Source: Thalassomonas sp. RHCl1 (GTDB lineage: Bacteria; Pseudomonadota; Gammaproteobacteria; Enterobacterales; Alteromonadaceae). Taken from it: a DNA stretch of 64,000 nt. The position numbers and the translations under genes were made by a program. The notes beneath the pieces were generated by a model. That model had not been told where the DNA came from. It was given only the letters and a program-made list of their open reading frames with translations, and did not search any database. Positions within the stretch are counted from its first letter, which is position 1, and each line of letters starts with the position of its first letter. Location of the stretch: NCBI RefSeq assembly GCF_947387555.1, contig NZ_CANDNZ010000006.1, forward strand, positions 91,482 through 155,481, written 5' to 3'. Below are positions 48,301 through 58,475 of this stretch, one piece after another.

Positions 48301-48567
48301 ACTGGCATTAAAGCGGGTATCTGTGGCCTTGTACCATTTCGAACTGTTTAACGGCGGCAGGCGGAATTTTATCTTATAGCCGTTGATAGCGACATAACAC
48401 AGCAGTTCTTCCCGGGTTTCATTGGTGATGCGTACCCGGGCATAATCCTGGGTATTGCGGTCATGGACGATTTTTATTTTCGGCATGGCATTAAGTTCAA
48501 AGGGAAGCAAGCATATTACGCATAGCCAGCAAATGACAGCCAGTGCCCGTGAAGTCGTTGTCAACAT
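48238..48567 (-). CDS. Small secreted/TM-anchored protein (109 aa) whose 3' terminus is tandemly duplicated downstream
   Basis: N-terminal hydrophobic LAVICWLCVICLLPF. C-terminus FSTWCDYMELYPQYQKKRF. The repeats downstream carry variant copies of that C-terminus. Confidence 0.5.
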   Translation of the reverse strand: MLTTTSRALAVICWLCVICLLPFELNAMPKIKIVHDRNTQDYARVRITNETREELLCYVAINGYKIKFRLPPLNSSKWYKATDTRFNASHFSTWCDYMELYPQYQKKRF

Positions 48568-48595
48568 CTCTTGCCTCCTTTGTTATCCCCTGTCC

Positions 48596-49456
48596 TCAGT
48601 CTACCTTATTTTCCAGCCTTTGGGTGATTTGTTGCGCCCAGTACAGGCTGATAATGATCAAGCCCCCGCCTACGGCCAGCCGGGTGATATCGGCGCTTTC
48701 ATTAAATAGCGTCAAGGCCAGCAAGACCGCCAGCGGGACATAAGCGTTGTTCATGATGGCCAGCAAGGGGGCGGAAACCTGTCTGGCCCCCAGGTTCCAC
48801 AGGAAAAATCCCAGGCCTGAAGCGATCAGCCCGAGATAAACCAGTACCGCCCATTGGCGCTGGCTGATCACTATATCGCTGCCTATGGCCTGGGGCAGCG
48901 CCGCCAGTGCCGTTAACAGCATAGCTCCCAGGTACATGGACGCCATGTTGACCTTATGCGGGCTGTCTAAAGTCACAGAATAATGTTTATAAGCCACCTG
49001 GCCAAAAGCAAACGCCAGATTGGCCAGCTGTAAAATCGCAAATCCGGTGACGACTTGCCCGGAGTCCGGCATTTTAAAGACTATGATGGCGGTGGCTAAA
49101 ATCGATAATAATACCGGTAGCAGCAGCACGGCGTTGAAACGCTTTGTCAGCAGGGCATCGAAAAGCATTACATATAAGGGGGTGAAGATGGTAAAAACCG
49201 CCACCAGGTAACCGGGTAAATACTGATAAGAGGCGATATAGGCGAGATACATCATGCCAAACTGTATGCTGCCCAGCAGCACCAGGCGCAGGTTAGGCCG
49301 ATACTTTTTTGCCATCAATGCCAGCGGCATAAACAGGAGAAAACAAAAGCCCAGGCGAATAAACGCCACCAGTGCCGGGGGGATGCCGGTGAGCTCCCCT
49401 TTAATTAAACCGAAAGAAAATGCCCAAAGCAGCGATACTGCGAATAATGCCAGCAA
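48596..49456 (-). CDS. DMT-superfamily (EamA-like) transporter
   Basis: 286 aa, 10 TM helices arranged as two EamA repeats. Confidence 0.75.
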   Translation of the reverse strand: MLALFAVSLLWAFSFGLIKGELTGIPPALVAFIRLGFCFLLFMPLALMAKKYRPNLRLVLLGSIQFGMMYLAYIASYQYLPGYLVAVFTIFTPLYVMLFDALLTKRFNAVLLLPVLLSILATAIIVFKMPDSGQVVTGFAILQLANLAFAFGQVAYKHYSVTLDSPHKVNMASMYLGAMLLTALAALPQAIGSDIVISQRQWAVLVYLGLIASGLGFFLWNLGARQVSAPLLAIMNNAYVPLAVLLALTLFNESADITRLAVGGGLIIISLYWAQQITQRLENKVD

Positions 49457-49696
49457 AGTATATTACCTTTTTATCTTTCCCTGCCCGCTAAAGCATTTGG
49501 CGCGGGGATATAAATTAATTTTGCCGGTTATTGTACTGAATTTCTTTAAAAACAAATGGGGTTAATCAAAGAAATGCGGATTTTTTCCGGTTAATTTGAA
49601 AAAGACCATTGAAAGCGCCGGCCTATGTCGCCATTATAATCGGCAACATTATAAAAATATGCTGCAGTTGCAGCGATCAGAGAAAGAGATTTATTC

Positions 49697-50455
49697 ATGG
49701 CTAAAATGGTTCCAGTAAGAAAAGAACAACATCAAAATTTAAAAGTGGCGGCAAAGCGTGATTTATCTCATGTTGCTAACCAGCATATCGTACCGGTAAA
49801 TGCAGTTGAGTTTGCCCAGGCGGCGACCAGCTTCCCTGTTGTTATCGTAAAAGATCCCGACTCTAACCGTTTCCGCTCTGTAGCTATGCTAGGCTTAGAA
49901 ACCGGCGAAAACCTGTATTACAGCAAGGAAAAATGGAATGCGATCTTTGTTCCGCAAAGCATCGGCATGGTGCCTTTTGCCTTAGGTCTGGATCCGGAAA
50001 AAGAAAAAACCCTGACCGCCTGTATCGATATGGACAGTGCCTTTGTTGGTGAAGACAAAGAAAATGCCTTGTTTGATGACAAAGGTGAAGAAACCGAATT
50101 CTTGAAAAAAATTCAGGAATCACTGGGTCGTTTATATGACAATGAAGTGGCTTCTGAAAAATTCATCAAGGAATTAGTAGATAATGATCTGCTGCAAGAG
50201 CTTGAGCTGAACATGTCACTGGTTAGCGGCGAGAAGAAAAAGCTGGTAGGTATCTACACGGTTCACGAGAAGAAATTACAGGAACTGAGCGATGAAAAAG
50301 TTATCGACTTCCACAAGCGTGGCTTATTCGTACCTTTACATGCCATGTTAGGTTCTATTGCCCAGGTTAACCGTTTGGTGCAATTACGTAACGAAAGCTC
50401 AGACAACAAAATCAACGGCATTCAGATCAGCCCGATCGCCGCTGAAGAAAAATAA
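49697..50455 (+). CDS. SapC-family protein
   Basis: Roughly 250 aa with PVNAVEFAQAATSFPVVIVKD and MLGLE...YYSKEKWNAIFVPQSIGMVPFALG, which resemble the SapC (PF07277) pattern. From memory, unverified. Confidence 0.5.
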   Translation: MAKMVPVRKEQHQNLKVAAKRDLSHVANQHIVPVNAVEFAQAATSFPVVIVKDPDSNRFRSVAMLGLETGENLYYSKEKWNAIFVPQSIGMVPFALGLDPEKEKTLTACIDMDSAFVGEDKENALFDDKGEETEFLKKIQESLGRLYDNEVASEKFIKELVDNDLLQELELNMSLVSGEKKKLVGIYTVHEKKLQELSDEKVIDFHKRGLFVPLHAMLGSIAQVNRLVQLRNESSDNKINGIQISPIAAEEK

Positions 50456-50576
50456 AGCTGACGTTTATCGTCAGTAATGGTTAAGAGGCGTTATTCAGGC
50501 GAATGTCGCCTCTTAATTGACATCTTATATATACTAAAAAATATACATAAGCAGATATTCACGGCATAATAGTCTG

Positions 50577-51212
50577 ATGGAACAGATCAAAAATGTTGAT
50601 GCCATTTTGGCACAATTAAAAAACCGGGGGCCCATGACCTCGGGTAGCTTAGCCGACATCCTGGATATGACCAGTATGGGGGCGCGTCAGCATCTGTTAC
50701 GCCTGGAAAAGCAAGAACTGGTTTCCTCCTTCTCCCAGAGAGCCGTGGTCGGCAGACCGAAAAAATTATGGCAACTCACCGCCAAGGCCCATGCAAAATT
50801 CCCCGACCGTCATGCGGATTTAACCCTGCACCTGATTGATTCCGTGAAAGTCATTTATGGCGACAGCGGTTTGGATAAGCTGATCAGCGCCCGGGAAGAG
50901 AAAATCATCGTGTTATATAAAGCCTTGCTGGATAAATGCGAAGACTTAGCCGGAAAAGTCGCGGCATTAGCTCATCAGCGCTGTGAAGAAGGTTATATGG
51001 CCACGGTGGAGTCGGTGAATGACCATGAGTTTCTGTTGATAGAAAACCACTGCCCTATCTGTAGTGCCGCCAAAGCCTGCCAGAATTTTTGCCGTTCTGA
51101 GCTGGATATTTTTCAACACAGTTTTGGCGATAATTATCTGGTGGAACGCCAGGACTACCTGCTAAACGGCGACCGCCGTTGTAGCTACAAGATCACAAGT
51201 ATTACCCGCTAA
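50577..51212 (+). CDS. Winged-helix transcriptional regulator with a C-terminal Cys-rich (CPxC...C...C) putative metal-binding domain
   Basis: N-terminal wHTH GPMTSGSLADILDMTSMGARQHLLRLEKQELV...VGRPKKLW. C-terminal ENHCPICSAAKACQNFC...RRCSYKI. Confidence 0.5.
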   Translation: MEQIKNVDAILAQLKNRGPMTSGSLADILDMTSMGARQHLLRLEKQELVSSFSQRAVVGRPKKLWQLTAKAHAKFPDRHADLTLHLIDSVKVIYGDSGLDKLISAREEKIIVLYKALLDKCEDLAGKVAALAHQRCEEGYMATVESVNDHEFLLIENHCPICSAAKACQNFCRSELDIFQHSFGDNYLVERQDYLLNGDRRCSYKITSITR

Positions 51213-51285
51213 AAACCAACAGTCGGTCAATCCTGTGCTAATTTAAAGTTATTACTTGTTAAATCAGCCCGGAAATGAGGATGGT

Positions 51286-52671
51286 ATGGCGGATTCGCGC
51301 AAGCTGCCCAAGGAATTAGCAGAACAAATACAAACGATAGCCGGCAGTGTTTATGTACAGGTGGAAGAAGAGCTCACCACTTTACTTGCCGGACAAGTCC
51401 CTCCCGAAATCAAAATAGCAGATATCAGCCGTGAGCAGTTGGCCCAGCATCCGGATTATCAGGTGCTGGAAACACAAATATCATCTCTCAAGGAGCAAGT
51501 TGCATCACTGGAGGCAACATATGATGACTTGGCTGATAGCAGCAAGAAAGCATTACTAGATCAAAAGCAGGATCAAAAGCTGGAGCAAGAGAAAGATCAA
51601 GAGCAGCTTCAGGCAGTATTGGAACAGCAAAAGCAAACCATAGCCAGCCTTGAAATCAGTGAAGGTAAACTCAGTAAAGATAATGCAGCCAAAGCGGCTA
51701 CTTTAGATATTCAGAATAAGCAAATCTCTTCCCTGCAGCAGGAATTAAATGAAACCGCCAGTGAACTGGAGCGGGTGAAATCAGATGCCAGACAAGAGAG
51801 TGAATCTGCCCGTGAACAGCAAGAGGCTCAGCAGCAACAAGTCGCCGAATTAAGCCAAATTAATCACATGCTGAATAAACAATTGGCACAAACACAAAGT
51901 GAACTGGATTTGGCTGTTTCAACGGCGGGGCAAGATAAGCTGTCGGCTAAAGAGCAACAACAGGCACTGCAGCAAGAATTGTTTGAGTTAAGCAAAAGTA
52001 ACAACAAGATCACCGGAGATTTACAGTTAAAAGCAGCCGAGCTGAAAAAGCTGCAGAGTGTCTTAACCAATAAAGATAGCGTGATTAAGCAGTTCACCGT
52101 TGAAGCCGAAGCCTTGCAAGCGGAAAAAAGACAACAAAGCCAACTGATTGCCGAACGGGAAGAGCAGCTCCAACAACAGGCGGGGGAGATTGAACAGATG
52201 TTAAAAGATGCCGGGCAGCGCGAACAGGTTTTGAAGGAAAACCTGGGTAAAGCCGATGCCCGGCTGGGATCTCAGCAGGAAGAATTAGCAGGGTTAAGGA
52301 AGAAGTTGCAAAGTGAGCAGGATAAATGGGCATTGCAGCTAAGTGACGGGCAAAGCAAGCAAGAGGAGTTGATAGCAAAACTTAAGCAAAGCGATGAGCA
52401 AGTTAGCCAATATCAACAGCAATGTGATGAGCTTGAACAAAAAGTTTCCGGGTTGAACAATACCCTGAAAAAAGCTGAGCAAAGGCTGGAGAAAAATCGG
52501 GAAAAATTCCAGGCTGATGGCGATAAAGCCAGGGAAACCATTAAATATCTGAGGGATGAAAACTTTGAATTAAATTCCCGCCTGGAAACCGAGCTGGGGG
52601 AATTAGAAAGTAAATTGACGGAATATCGCTTACGTTTCGAATATGCGCAAAAGCAGCTGGAGAAAAATTAG
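51286..52671 (+). CDS. Long coiled-coil protein (Q/E/L/K-rich, SMC/myosin-tail-like heptads)
   Basis: About 460 aa, almost entirely heptad-repeat (LQQELNETASELERVKSDARQESESAREQQEAQQQ...). ATG at 51286 after GAGGATGG. The six-frame ORF starts at 51256. Confidence 0.5.
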   Translation: MADSRKLPKELAEQIQTIAGSVYVQVEEELTTLLAGQVPPEIKIADISREQLAQHPDYQVLETQISSLKEQVASLEATYDDLADSSKKALLDQKQDQKLEQEKDQEQLQAVLEQQKQTIASLEISEGKLSKDNAAKAATLDIQNKQISSLQQELNETASELERVKSDARQESESAREQQEAQQQQVAELSQINHMLNKQLAQTQSELDLAVSTAGQDKLSAKEQQQALQQELFELSKSNNKITGDLQLKAAELKKLQSVLTNKDSVIKQFTVEAEALQAEKRQQSQLIAEREEQLQQQAGEIEQMLKDAGQREQVLKENLGKADARLGSQQEELAGLRKKLQSEQDKWALQLSDGQSKQEELIAKLKQSDEQVSQYQQQCDELEQKVSGLNNTLKKAEQRLEKNREKFQADGDKARETIKYLRDENFELNSRLETELGELESKLTEYRLRFEYAQKQLEKN

Positions 52672-52738
52672 CGCGCTGCGCACTTAGCCGGAATTTTTGA
52701 TATAATAGCCTAAATATCAATAAAAAAGTCTTATTCCT

Positions 52739-53353
52739 GTGGCCATTCACCTACCCTTATCCCGCTTAAGCCAGTGGCAGCAAGTTACCTTTTGCGCCGC
52801 GTTATTAGAGCGTATGTTACCTAATTACCAGATGTTTTCTCAGGCCGTTGATTTTGGCGATGGCAAGTTATTGCGCAATCAGCTGGATCTGTTGTGGCAA
52901 TGGCTGGATAAAAATAGCCGCACTAAAATTAATTTTGAGGCGCAGCTGAATAAACTCGAAGCCGCTACCCCGAATCCCGAGCATTTTGATACCTATGGCG
53001 TATTTCCCGCTTTAGATGTTTGTATGGCCCTGATGTCGGTATTCCAGGGGATCCAGGATAAGAACAGTGCCGACTTTGCCAGTGTCGCTCGCCTGTCCGC
53101 CAACAGTGTTTATGGCTATGTTGAATTGCTGTTGGTTGAGGAATTAGTTGAAGAAAGCGGTGAAGAAAGCGATGAAGGGCTCACTGTTGCACCGGAGGCC
53201 CTGGAGCAACATCCGCTGGTGCAATGGGAAGTGGCCACACAAAATGAGTTATTCGATTTCCTCAAAGAGGCCCCGGAAAATAAAAAAACCTGTGAACAAG
53301 CCAAACAGATGGTGATGGAAGAAGGCTTGTCCAATTTAGGTATTGAAGTGTAA
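52739..53353 (+). CDS. yjaG: DUF416 family protein YjaG
   Basis: LSRLSQWQQVTFCAALLERMLPNYQMFSQAVDFGDGKLLRNQLDLLWQ matches E. coli YjaG LERLESWQHVTFMACLCERMYPNYAMFCQQTGFGDGQIYRRILDLIWE. Acidic C-terminus. Confidence 0.8.
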   Translation: MAIHLPLSRLSQWQQVTFCAALLERMLPNYQMFSQAVDFGDGKLLRNQLDLLWQWLDKNSRTKINFEAQLNKLEAATPNPEHFDTYGVFPALDVCMALMSVFQGIQDKNSADFASVARLSANSVYGYVELLLVEELVEESGEESDEGLTVAPEALEQHPLVQWEVATQNELFDFLKEAPENKKTCEQAKQMVMEEGLSNLGIEV

Positions 53354-53407
53354 GGCCGATATCCGGCTATTAATAGCCGGATATCTGTTAGGTGTCACAG
53401 TCTTATT

Positions 53408-54019
53408 TTATTCCGGGCAATAACGGTATAGCCGGTAACTTACCTGCCCTGCGGTTTTTTCTTTTAACAGCTGCCAGTTTGCCGGCAGCTGTTGGCTGCT
53501 GTTTTGCTCGGTTTCCACATAAATAATGCAATTGTCTGCCAGGCATCCGGCATTTAATAAAGCTGCCGCTTGCTCGGCCAATTGTTTATTAAAAGGCGGG
53601 TCGAGAAAAACCAAGTCAAATAGTGTTTCATTTCCTTTTTTGCGGGCAGCCGGTAAGTCGCGTAAATAACTCAGGCTGTCGGTATGCACTATCTGCATAT
53701 TTTCCGCTTTTAACAGCTGTTGATTTTGCCTTAGCTGGTTTGCCGCTGCTTTATTAAGCTCCAGCAAGGTGACCTGCTCAGCCCCTCGGGACAAGGCTTC
53801 AAAGCCTAAACTGCCGGAACCGGCAAAGCAGTCAAGGCAAACGCTTTGCTGTATATAAGGCATCAGCCAGTTAAATACCGTTTCTTTTACCCTGTCTGTG
53901 GTTGGTCTCAGGCCTTCCGCCAGGATCACGGGTAATTTTCTGCCCCTGTGCTTGCCGGCGATGATGCGAATATTGCCTTTGGCTGCTGTTTGTTTGCTTT
54001 TTTGCGGTCGTTTATTCAT
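53408..54019 (-). CDS. rsmD: 16S rRNA (guanine966-N2)-methyltransferase RsmD
   Basis: IIAGKHRGRKLPV...LRPTTDRVKETVFNWL...CLDCFAGSGSLGFEALSRGA...DPPF. Divergent from ftsY, as in E. coli. Confidence 0.85.
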   Translation of the reverse strand: MNKRPQKSKQTAAKGNIRIIAGKHRGRKLPVILAEGLRPTTDRVKETVFNWLMPYIQQSVCLDCFAGSGSLGFEALSRGAEQVTLLELNKAAANQLRQNQQLLKAENMQIVHTDSLSYLRDLPAARKKGNETLFDLVFLDPPFNKQLAEQAAALLNAGCLADNCIIYVETEQNSSQQLPANWQLLKEKTAGQVSYRLYRYCPE

Positions 54020-54137
54020 CTTGATGACAGCTTTTGTTTTTCGTATTGATTTATGATGCTATTATACCGGCAATTTTATCCTTGTTTGATGCGTGAATAC
54101 TAATAGTATTGATACGCCATGATTGAATTTATTCTAT

Positions 54138-55622
54138 ATGTCTAAGAAAAAAGGTTTATTTTCCTGGTTAGGTTTAGGTGGCCAGAAGAAAGAAAAGCAA
54201 AATGAAGCCGAGCTTGAAGCAGAAAAATTAGCGGCGGAAAAAGCCGAAGCAGAGCGCCTTGCCGCCGAGCAGGCAGAAGCGGACAGGTTAGCGGCGGAAA
54301 AAGCCGAAGCTGAGCGAATTGCCGCCGAGCAGGCAGAAGCGGATAAGTTGGCGGCGGAAAAAGCCGAAACAGAACGCCTTGCCGCTGAGCAGGCAGAAGC
54401 GGATAAGTTGGCGGCGGAAAAAGCCGAAGCAGAGCGCCTTGCCGCCGAGCAGGCGGAAGCGGATAAGTTGGCGGCGGAAAAAGCCGAAGCAGAGCGCCTT
54501 GCCGCCGAGCAGGCAGAAGCGGACAGGTTAGCGGCGGAACAAGCCGAAGCTGAGCGCATTGCTGCCGAGCAGGCGGAAGCGGACAGGTTAGCGGCGGAAC
54601 AAGCCGAAGCAGAGCGCATTGCCGCCGAGCAGGCAGAAGCGGACAGGTTGGCGGCGGAACAAGCCGAAGCAGAACAAGCGGAAGCCGAAAAGGCCAAACC
54701 TAAAAAAGCCGGCTTTTTCACCCGATTAAAACAAAGCCTGACCAAGACCCGGCAGAACCTGGGTGGCGGGATCTTTGATTTGTTCCGTGGCAAAAAGATC
54801 GATGATGAATTATTCGAAGAATTAGAAACTCACTTGTTACTGGCGGATGTCGGGGTGGACACCACCACTAAAATTATCGATTCCCTGACCGAGTCTGCCA
54901 GCCGCAGCCAGCTAAAAGATGCGGAAGCGCTTTACGATTTGCTTAAGCAGGAGCTGAAAAAAGTGATCGAACCGGTGAGTCAGCCGCTGGAAATTCCGGA
55001 TACCCAAGGTCCTTATGTGATCTTAATGGTGGGGGTTAATGGTGTCGGTAAAACCACCACCATAGGTAAGCTGGCGAAACAGTTCCAGGCCCAGGGCAAG
55101 TCGGTGATGCTGGCTGCCGGCGATACTTTCCGCGCCGCCGCAGTGGAGCAGTTGCAGGTTTGGGGTGAGCGTAACGATATCCCTGTGATTGCCCAGCATA
55201 CAGGTGCAGACAGCGCCTCGGTGATTTTTGATGCCATCAGTGCCGCCAAAGCCCGCGGGGCGGATATCTTGATCGCCGATACCGCAGGTCGTTTGCAGAA
55301 TAAAAATCACCTGATGGAAGAATTGAAAAAGGTGGTGCGAGTCATGAAAAAACAAGATGTTGCCGCGCCCCATGAAGTGATGCTGACCCTGGATGCCGGT
55401 ACCGGACAAAATGCCCTGAGCCAGGCTTCCTTGTTTGATCAGGCGGTTGGTTTAACCGGTTTAACCTTGACCAAGCTTGACGGTACAGCCAAAGGCGGGG
55501 TTGTCTTTGCCATCGCCGATAAGTTTGCCATGCCCATTCGTTATCTTGGCGTAGGGGAAGGTATAGATGATTTAAGGCCTTTTAACGGTGATGATTTTAT
55601 CGATGCGCTTTTTGAAAAATAA
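54138..55622 (+). CDS. ftsY: Signal-recognition-particle receptor FtsY with an expanded acidic repeat A-domain
   Basis: N-terminus [17 protein letters not shown] matches E. coli MAKEKKRGFFSWLGFGQK. NG domain [20 protein letters not shown] and [10 protein letters not shown]. The six-frame ORF begins at 54123. Confidence 0.95.
   Translation: MSKKKGLFSWLGLGGQKKEKQNEAELEAEKLAAEKAEAERLAAEQAEADRLAAEKAEAERIAAEQAEADKLAAEKAETERLAAEQAEADKLAAEKAEAERLAAEQAEADKLAAEKAEAERLAAEQAEADRLAAEQAEAERIAAEQAEADRLAAEQAEAERIAAEQAEADRLAAEQAEAEQAEAEKAKPKKAGFFTRLKQSLTKTRQNLGGGIFDLFRGKKIDDELFEELETHLLLADVGVDTTTKIIDSLTESASRSQLKDAEALYDLLKQELKKVIEPVSQPLEIPDTQGPYVILMVGVNGVGKTTTIGKLAKQFQAQGKSVMLAAGDTFRAAAVEQLQVWGERNDIPVIAQHTGADSASVIFDAISAAKARGADILIADTAGRLQNKNHLMEELKKVVRVMKKQDVAAPHEVMLTLDAGTGQNALSQASLFDQAVGLTGLTLTKLDGTAKGGVVFAIADKFAMPIRYLGVGEGIDDLRPFNGDDFIDALFEK
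54226..54670 (+). repeat. In-frame tandem repeat inside ftsY, with a 60-bp unit (two 30-bp half-units) x about 7 encoding (LAAE[KQ]AEA[ED]R)n
   Basis: GCGGCGGAAAAAGCCGAAGCAGAGCGCCTTGCCGCCGAGCAGGCAGAAGCGGACAGGTTA recurs with minor K/R, L/I, E/Q substitutions. Confidence 0.85.
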
Positions 55623-55711
55623 AGCCTGGCTTAGTTACGCAAAAAGAACAGTGCAGTAATAGCCGAATCGTCATAATTTTAAATAACAAAAAGAATTAAG
55701 TATTAAACGTT

Positions 55712-56416
55712 ATGATCCGCTTTAACAATGTTAATAAAACCTATCCCGGGGGGTATATCGCCCTCAAAAGGGTGAGCTTTTCCCTTGAGGCCGGTGAAAT
55801 GGCTTTTTTAACCGGTCATTCCGGGGCCGGGAAAAGTACTTTGTTGAAGCTGATCAGCCTGATGGAAACCCCGACTTCCGGCAGCATAGAGATTAACGGT
55901 ACTGAGCTGTCCAGCATCAAATACCGGCAAATACCTTTTGTGCGCCGGGGTATCGGCATGATCTTCCAGAACCATAACCTGCTCATGGATCGCACCGTTT
56001 TTGATAATGTTGCCTTACCTTTGGTTATCGAGGGATACAGCCAGAAAGAAATCAGCCATAGGGTGGAAGCTGCCCTGGATAAGGTGCACCTGAGCGCTAA
56101 ACTGCGCTGTTTCCCTTATATGTTGTCCGGCGGCGAACAGCAAAGGGTGGGGATTGCCCGTGCCATAGTCAACAAACCGCCGATATTGCTGGCGGATGAA
56201 CCTACCGGCAACCTGGATCCTAAATTATCTTTAGATATTATAAGGTTATTTGAGGAGTTTAATGCCTTGGGTATTTCGGTATTAATCGCCACCCATGATT
56301 TGGGCCTAATCGCCCGGATGAAGTATCGTACCTTGACCCTGAAAAGCGGCACTATGATCACCGACGGTATTGTTGATGGCTTAACCACCGCCGAGACGGG
56401 AGCTGCCGATGTCTGA
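55712..56416 (+). CDS. ftsE: Cell-division ABC transporter ATP-binding protein FtsE
   Basis: Walker A GHSGAGKST. ABC signature LSGGEQQRV. Walker B ILLADEPTGNLD. Overlaps ftsX by 8 nt. Confidence 0.95.
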   Translation: MIRFNNVNKTYPGGYIALKRVSFSLEAGEMAFLTGHSGAGKSTLLKLISLMETPTSGSIEINGTELSSIKYRQIPFVRRGIGMIFQNHNLLMDRTVFDNVALPLVIEGYSQKEISHRVEAALDKVHLSAKLRCFPYMLSGGEQQRVGIARAIVNKPPILLADEPTGNLDPKLSLDIIRLFEEFNALGISVLIATHDLGLIARMKYRTLTLKSGTMITDGIVDGLTTAETGAADV

Positions 56417-57383
56417 GCGCACAGAGATGGCCAATAGCCGACAATCACCTTTGCTGCGGCTTTTATATGTGTTGCCGCTGCGGCATTTGCAGCAAGCCAT
56501 AGGCAGTTTGGGAGACTTATGGCGGACCCCGCTGTCATCGGTGATGACGGTGTTGGTGCTCGGGATCAGTTTGACCCTGCCGGCGACCTTACATTTATTT
56601 GTTAAAAACTCGAAAGTGGTTACCGAGCAATGGGATTCGGCCTCCGAAATAAGTTTGTTCTTAAAGCTTTCGGTAGACGATAAGGCGGCGAAAAACCTGG
56701 TGCAACGGCTTAAGCTGTATCCCGAGATTGCCCAGGTGCAGTATATTTCCGCCACGGATGCCTTAACCGAGTTTAAATCCCTGTCCGGGTTTGGCCAGGC
56801 GCTGGATTATCTGGATACGAATCCCCTGCCGGCAACCGTGCTGGTGACGCCGACAAAACGGGCGGCACAGACCCAGGCGGCCAGAGAGCTGTTGGCGAAG
56901 CTGGAGCAGGAGCGGGAAGTAGAGCTGGGCAAGCTGGATTTAGAATGGTTGTCACGGCTTGAAGCCATGGCGCAGCTGGTGGAAGATATAGTGATCGGGG
57001 TCGCGGTACTGCTGTGCCTGTCTGTGGTGCTGATCATCGGCAACACCATACGGTTGGCAATTATGCAGCAAAAAGATGCGATCGCGGTGATGAAGCTGGT
57101 AGGGGCTACCGACAGTTTTATTCAACGGCCGTTTTTATATTGCGGTATCTGGTATGGTATTTTCGGTGGCCTCTTTGCCTGTATTGCCGTGGCCGCTTTG
57201 GCAGAATACCTCTCGGGGGCGATCTTTAAACTGACCCAGCTTTACCACAGCAGCTTTGTGTTAACGGGCTTATCTTTCAGTGAAGGATCTGTGTTGATCC
57301 TTTATGCGGTGTTATTGGGGCTGATCGGCAGTTATATCTCGGTGCGTCAGCATATTAAAGAGATCGAGCCCACCGCCGACTGA
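56409..57383 (+). CDS. ftsX: Cell-division ABC transporter permease FtsX
   Basis: 324 aa, four TM, periplasmic loop. Canonical ftsYEX order. Confidence 0.9.
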   Translation: MSERTEMANSRQSPLLRLLYVLPLRHLQQAIGSLGDLWRTPLSSVMTVLVLGISLTLPATLHLFVKNSKVVTEQWDSASEISLFLKLSVDDKAAKNLVQRLKLYPEIAQVQYISATDALTEFKSLSGFGQALDYLDTNPLPATVLVTPTKRAAQTQAARELLAKLEQEREVELGKLDLEWLSRLEAMAQLVEDIVIGVAVLLCLSVVLIIGNTIRLAIMQQKDAIAVMKLVGATDSFIQRPFLYCGIWYGIFGGLFACIAVAALAEYLSGAIFKLTQLYHSSFVLTGLSFSEGSVLILYAVLLGLIGSYISVRQHIKEIEPTAD

Positions 57384-57399
57384 TCCTTTTCAAAGATGC

Positions 57400-57591
57400 A
57401 AAAGGATCCGTTAAGGGATCCTTTCGCGACCGCCCTGTTACAAAATCAAACATTTTTTTACTCTCTGTTTCTCATTATTATGTCATTTGGCATTGTTTTG
57501 TCCTGTTGGCTGGGGTAATGTTGTCCTACAATACTCGCCAGGTAATATAAAGCGTGTTAAAATCGCGAGTGAATAATAGTAATGGAGTTTT
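57400..57591 (+). promoter_or_regulatory. rpoH upstream regulatory and leader region (expected multiple promoters; the mRNA 5' region in E. coli forms an RNA thermometer)
   Basis: 192-bp intergenic region between ftsX and rpoH. The hairpin AAAGGATCCGTTAAGGGATCCTTT at 57402-57425 may be the ftsX terminator. Individual -10/-35 boxes are not confidently assignable by eye. Confidence 0.35.
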
Positions 57592-58458
57592 TTGATGAGT
57601 AACATAACGCAATCAATGGCACTGACCGTCCCTCAAAGCGGCAGCATTGAAGCATACATGCAGTCGGCGTATAGCATACCTATGCTCAGCGCTGAACGTG
57701 AGCATGAGCTGGCAACTCGTCTTTATGAAAGTAATGACCTGCATGCAGCCCAGGAGCTGATCATGTCGCATTTACGCTTCGTTATTCATATCGCCAAAGG
57801 TTATGCCGGTTATGGCTTGCCGCAGGCGGATCTGGTGCAGGAAGGCAATGTCGGTTTGATGAAAGCGGTTAAGCGCTTTAACCCGGAAGTGGGTGTTCGC
57901 CTGGTATCTTTTGCCGTTCACTGGATCAAAGCTGAAATTCATGAGTTTGTGCTGCGCAACTGGCGTATCGTTAAAGTCGCTACCACCAAAGCCCAGCGGA
58001 AATTGTTTTTTAACTTACGTAAAAATAAAAAGCGCCTTGGCTGGTTCAGCAATGAAGAAATCAGCACAGTAGCCGATACTCTCGGGGTTACAGAGAAAGA
58101 TGTCATGGAAATGGAGTCTCGTATGAGCAACCAGGACCAGGCGTTTGAATTGTCTTCCGATGACGACGACAGCGGCGCCGGCCTCGGTAATTTTGCTCCG
58201 GCGCAATATCTGGAAGACAAGCAATCTGATCTGGCCACCAGCGTCGAAGATGCCAACTGGGAAGATCATGCCAATCAGCGTTTATCCACGGCACTGGTTG
58301 CTTTAGACGAGCGTAGCCAGGATATTATCCGTACCCGCTGGTTAAATGAAGACAAATCCACCTTGCAGGAGCTGGCAGATAAATACCAGATCTCGGCAGA
58401 GCGTGTCAGACAGCTGGAAAAGAATGCCTTGGGTAAACTGAAAAGTACCATGGGGTAA
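57592..58458 (+). CDS. rpoH: RNA polymerase sigma-32 heat-shock factor RpoH
   Basis: Near-identical blocks to E. coli RpoH: [84 protein letters not shown] (includes the RpoH box), and [22 protein letters not shown]. Confidence 0.95.
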   Translation: MMSNITQSMALTVPQSGSIEAYMQSAYSIPMLSAEREHELATRLYESNDLHAAQELIMSHLRFVIHIAKGYAGYGLPQADLVQEGNVGLMKAVKRFNPEVGVRLVSFAVHWIKAEIHEFVLRNWRIVKVATTKAQRKLFFNLRKNKKRLGWFSNEEISTVADTLGVTEKDVMEMESRMSNQDQAFELSSDDDDSGAGLGNFAPAQYLEDKQSDLATSVEDANWEDHANQRLSTALVALDERSQDIIRTRWLNEDKSTLQELADKYQISAERVRQLEKNALGKLKSTMG

Positions 58459-58475
58459 TTTGTTACCTTGTTTGA

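Noticed and set aside
54226-54670. Possible CRISPR array, suggested by regular 30-bp and 60-bp periodicity
   Set aside because: The repeats are contiguous with no unique spacers, and they are in-frame coding sequence of ftsY. No cas genes are present in the window.
54134-54793. 219-aa Ala/Ser/Cys-repeat ORF on the minus strand
   Set aside because: It is antisense to the ftsY acidic repeat region, and its repeat periodicity simply reflects the ftsY 60-bp repeats.
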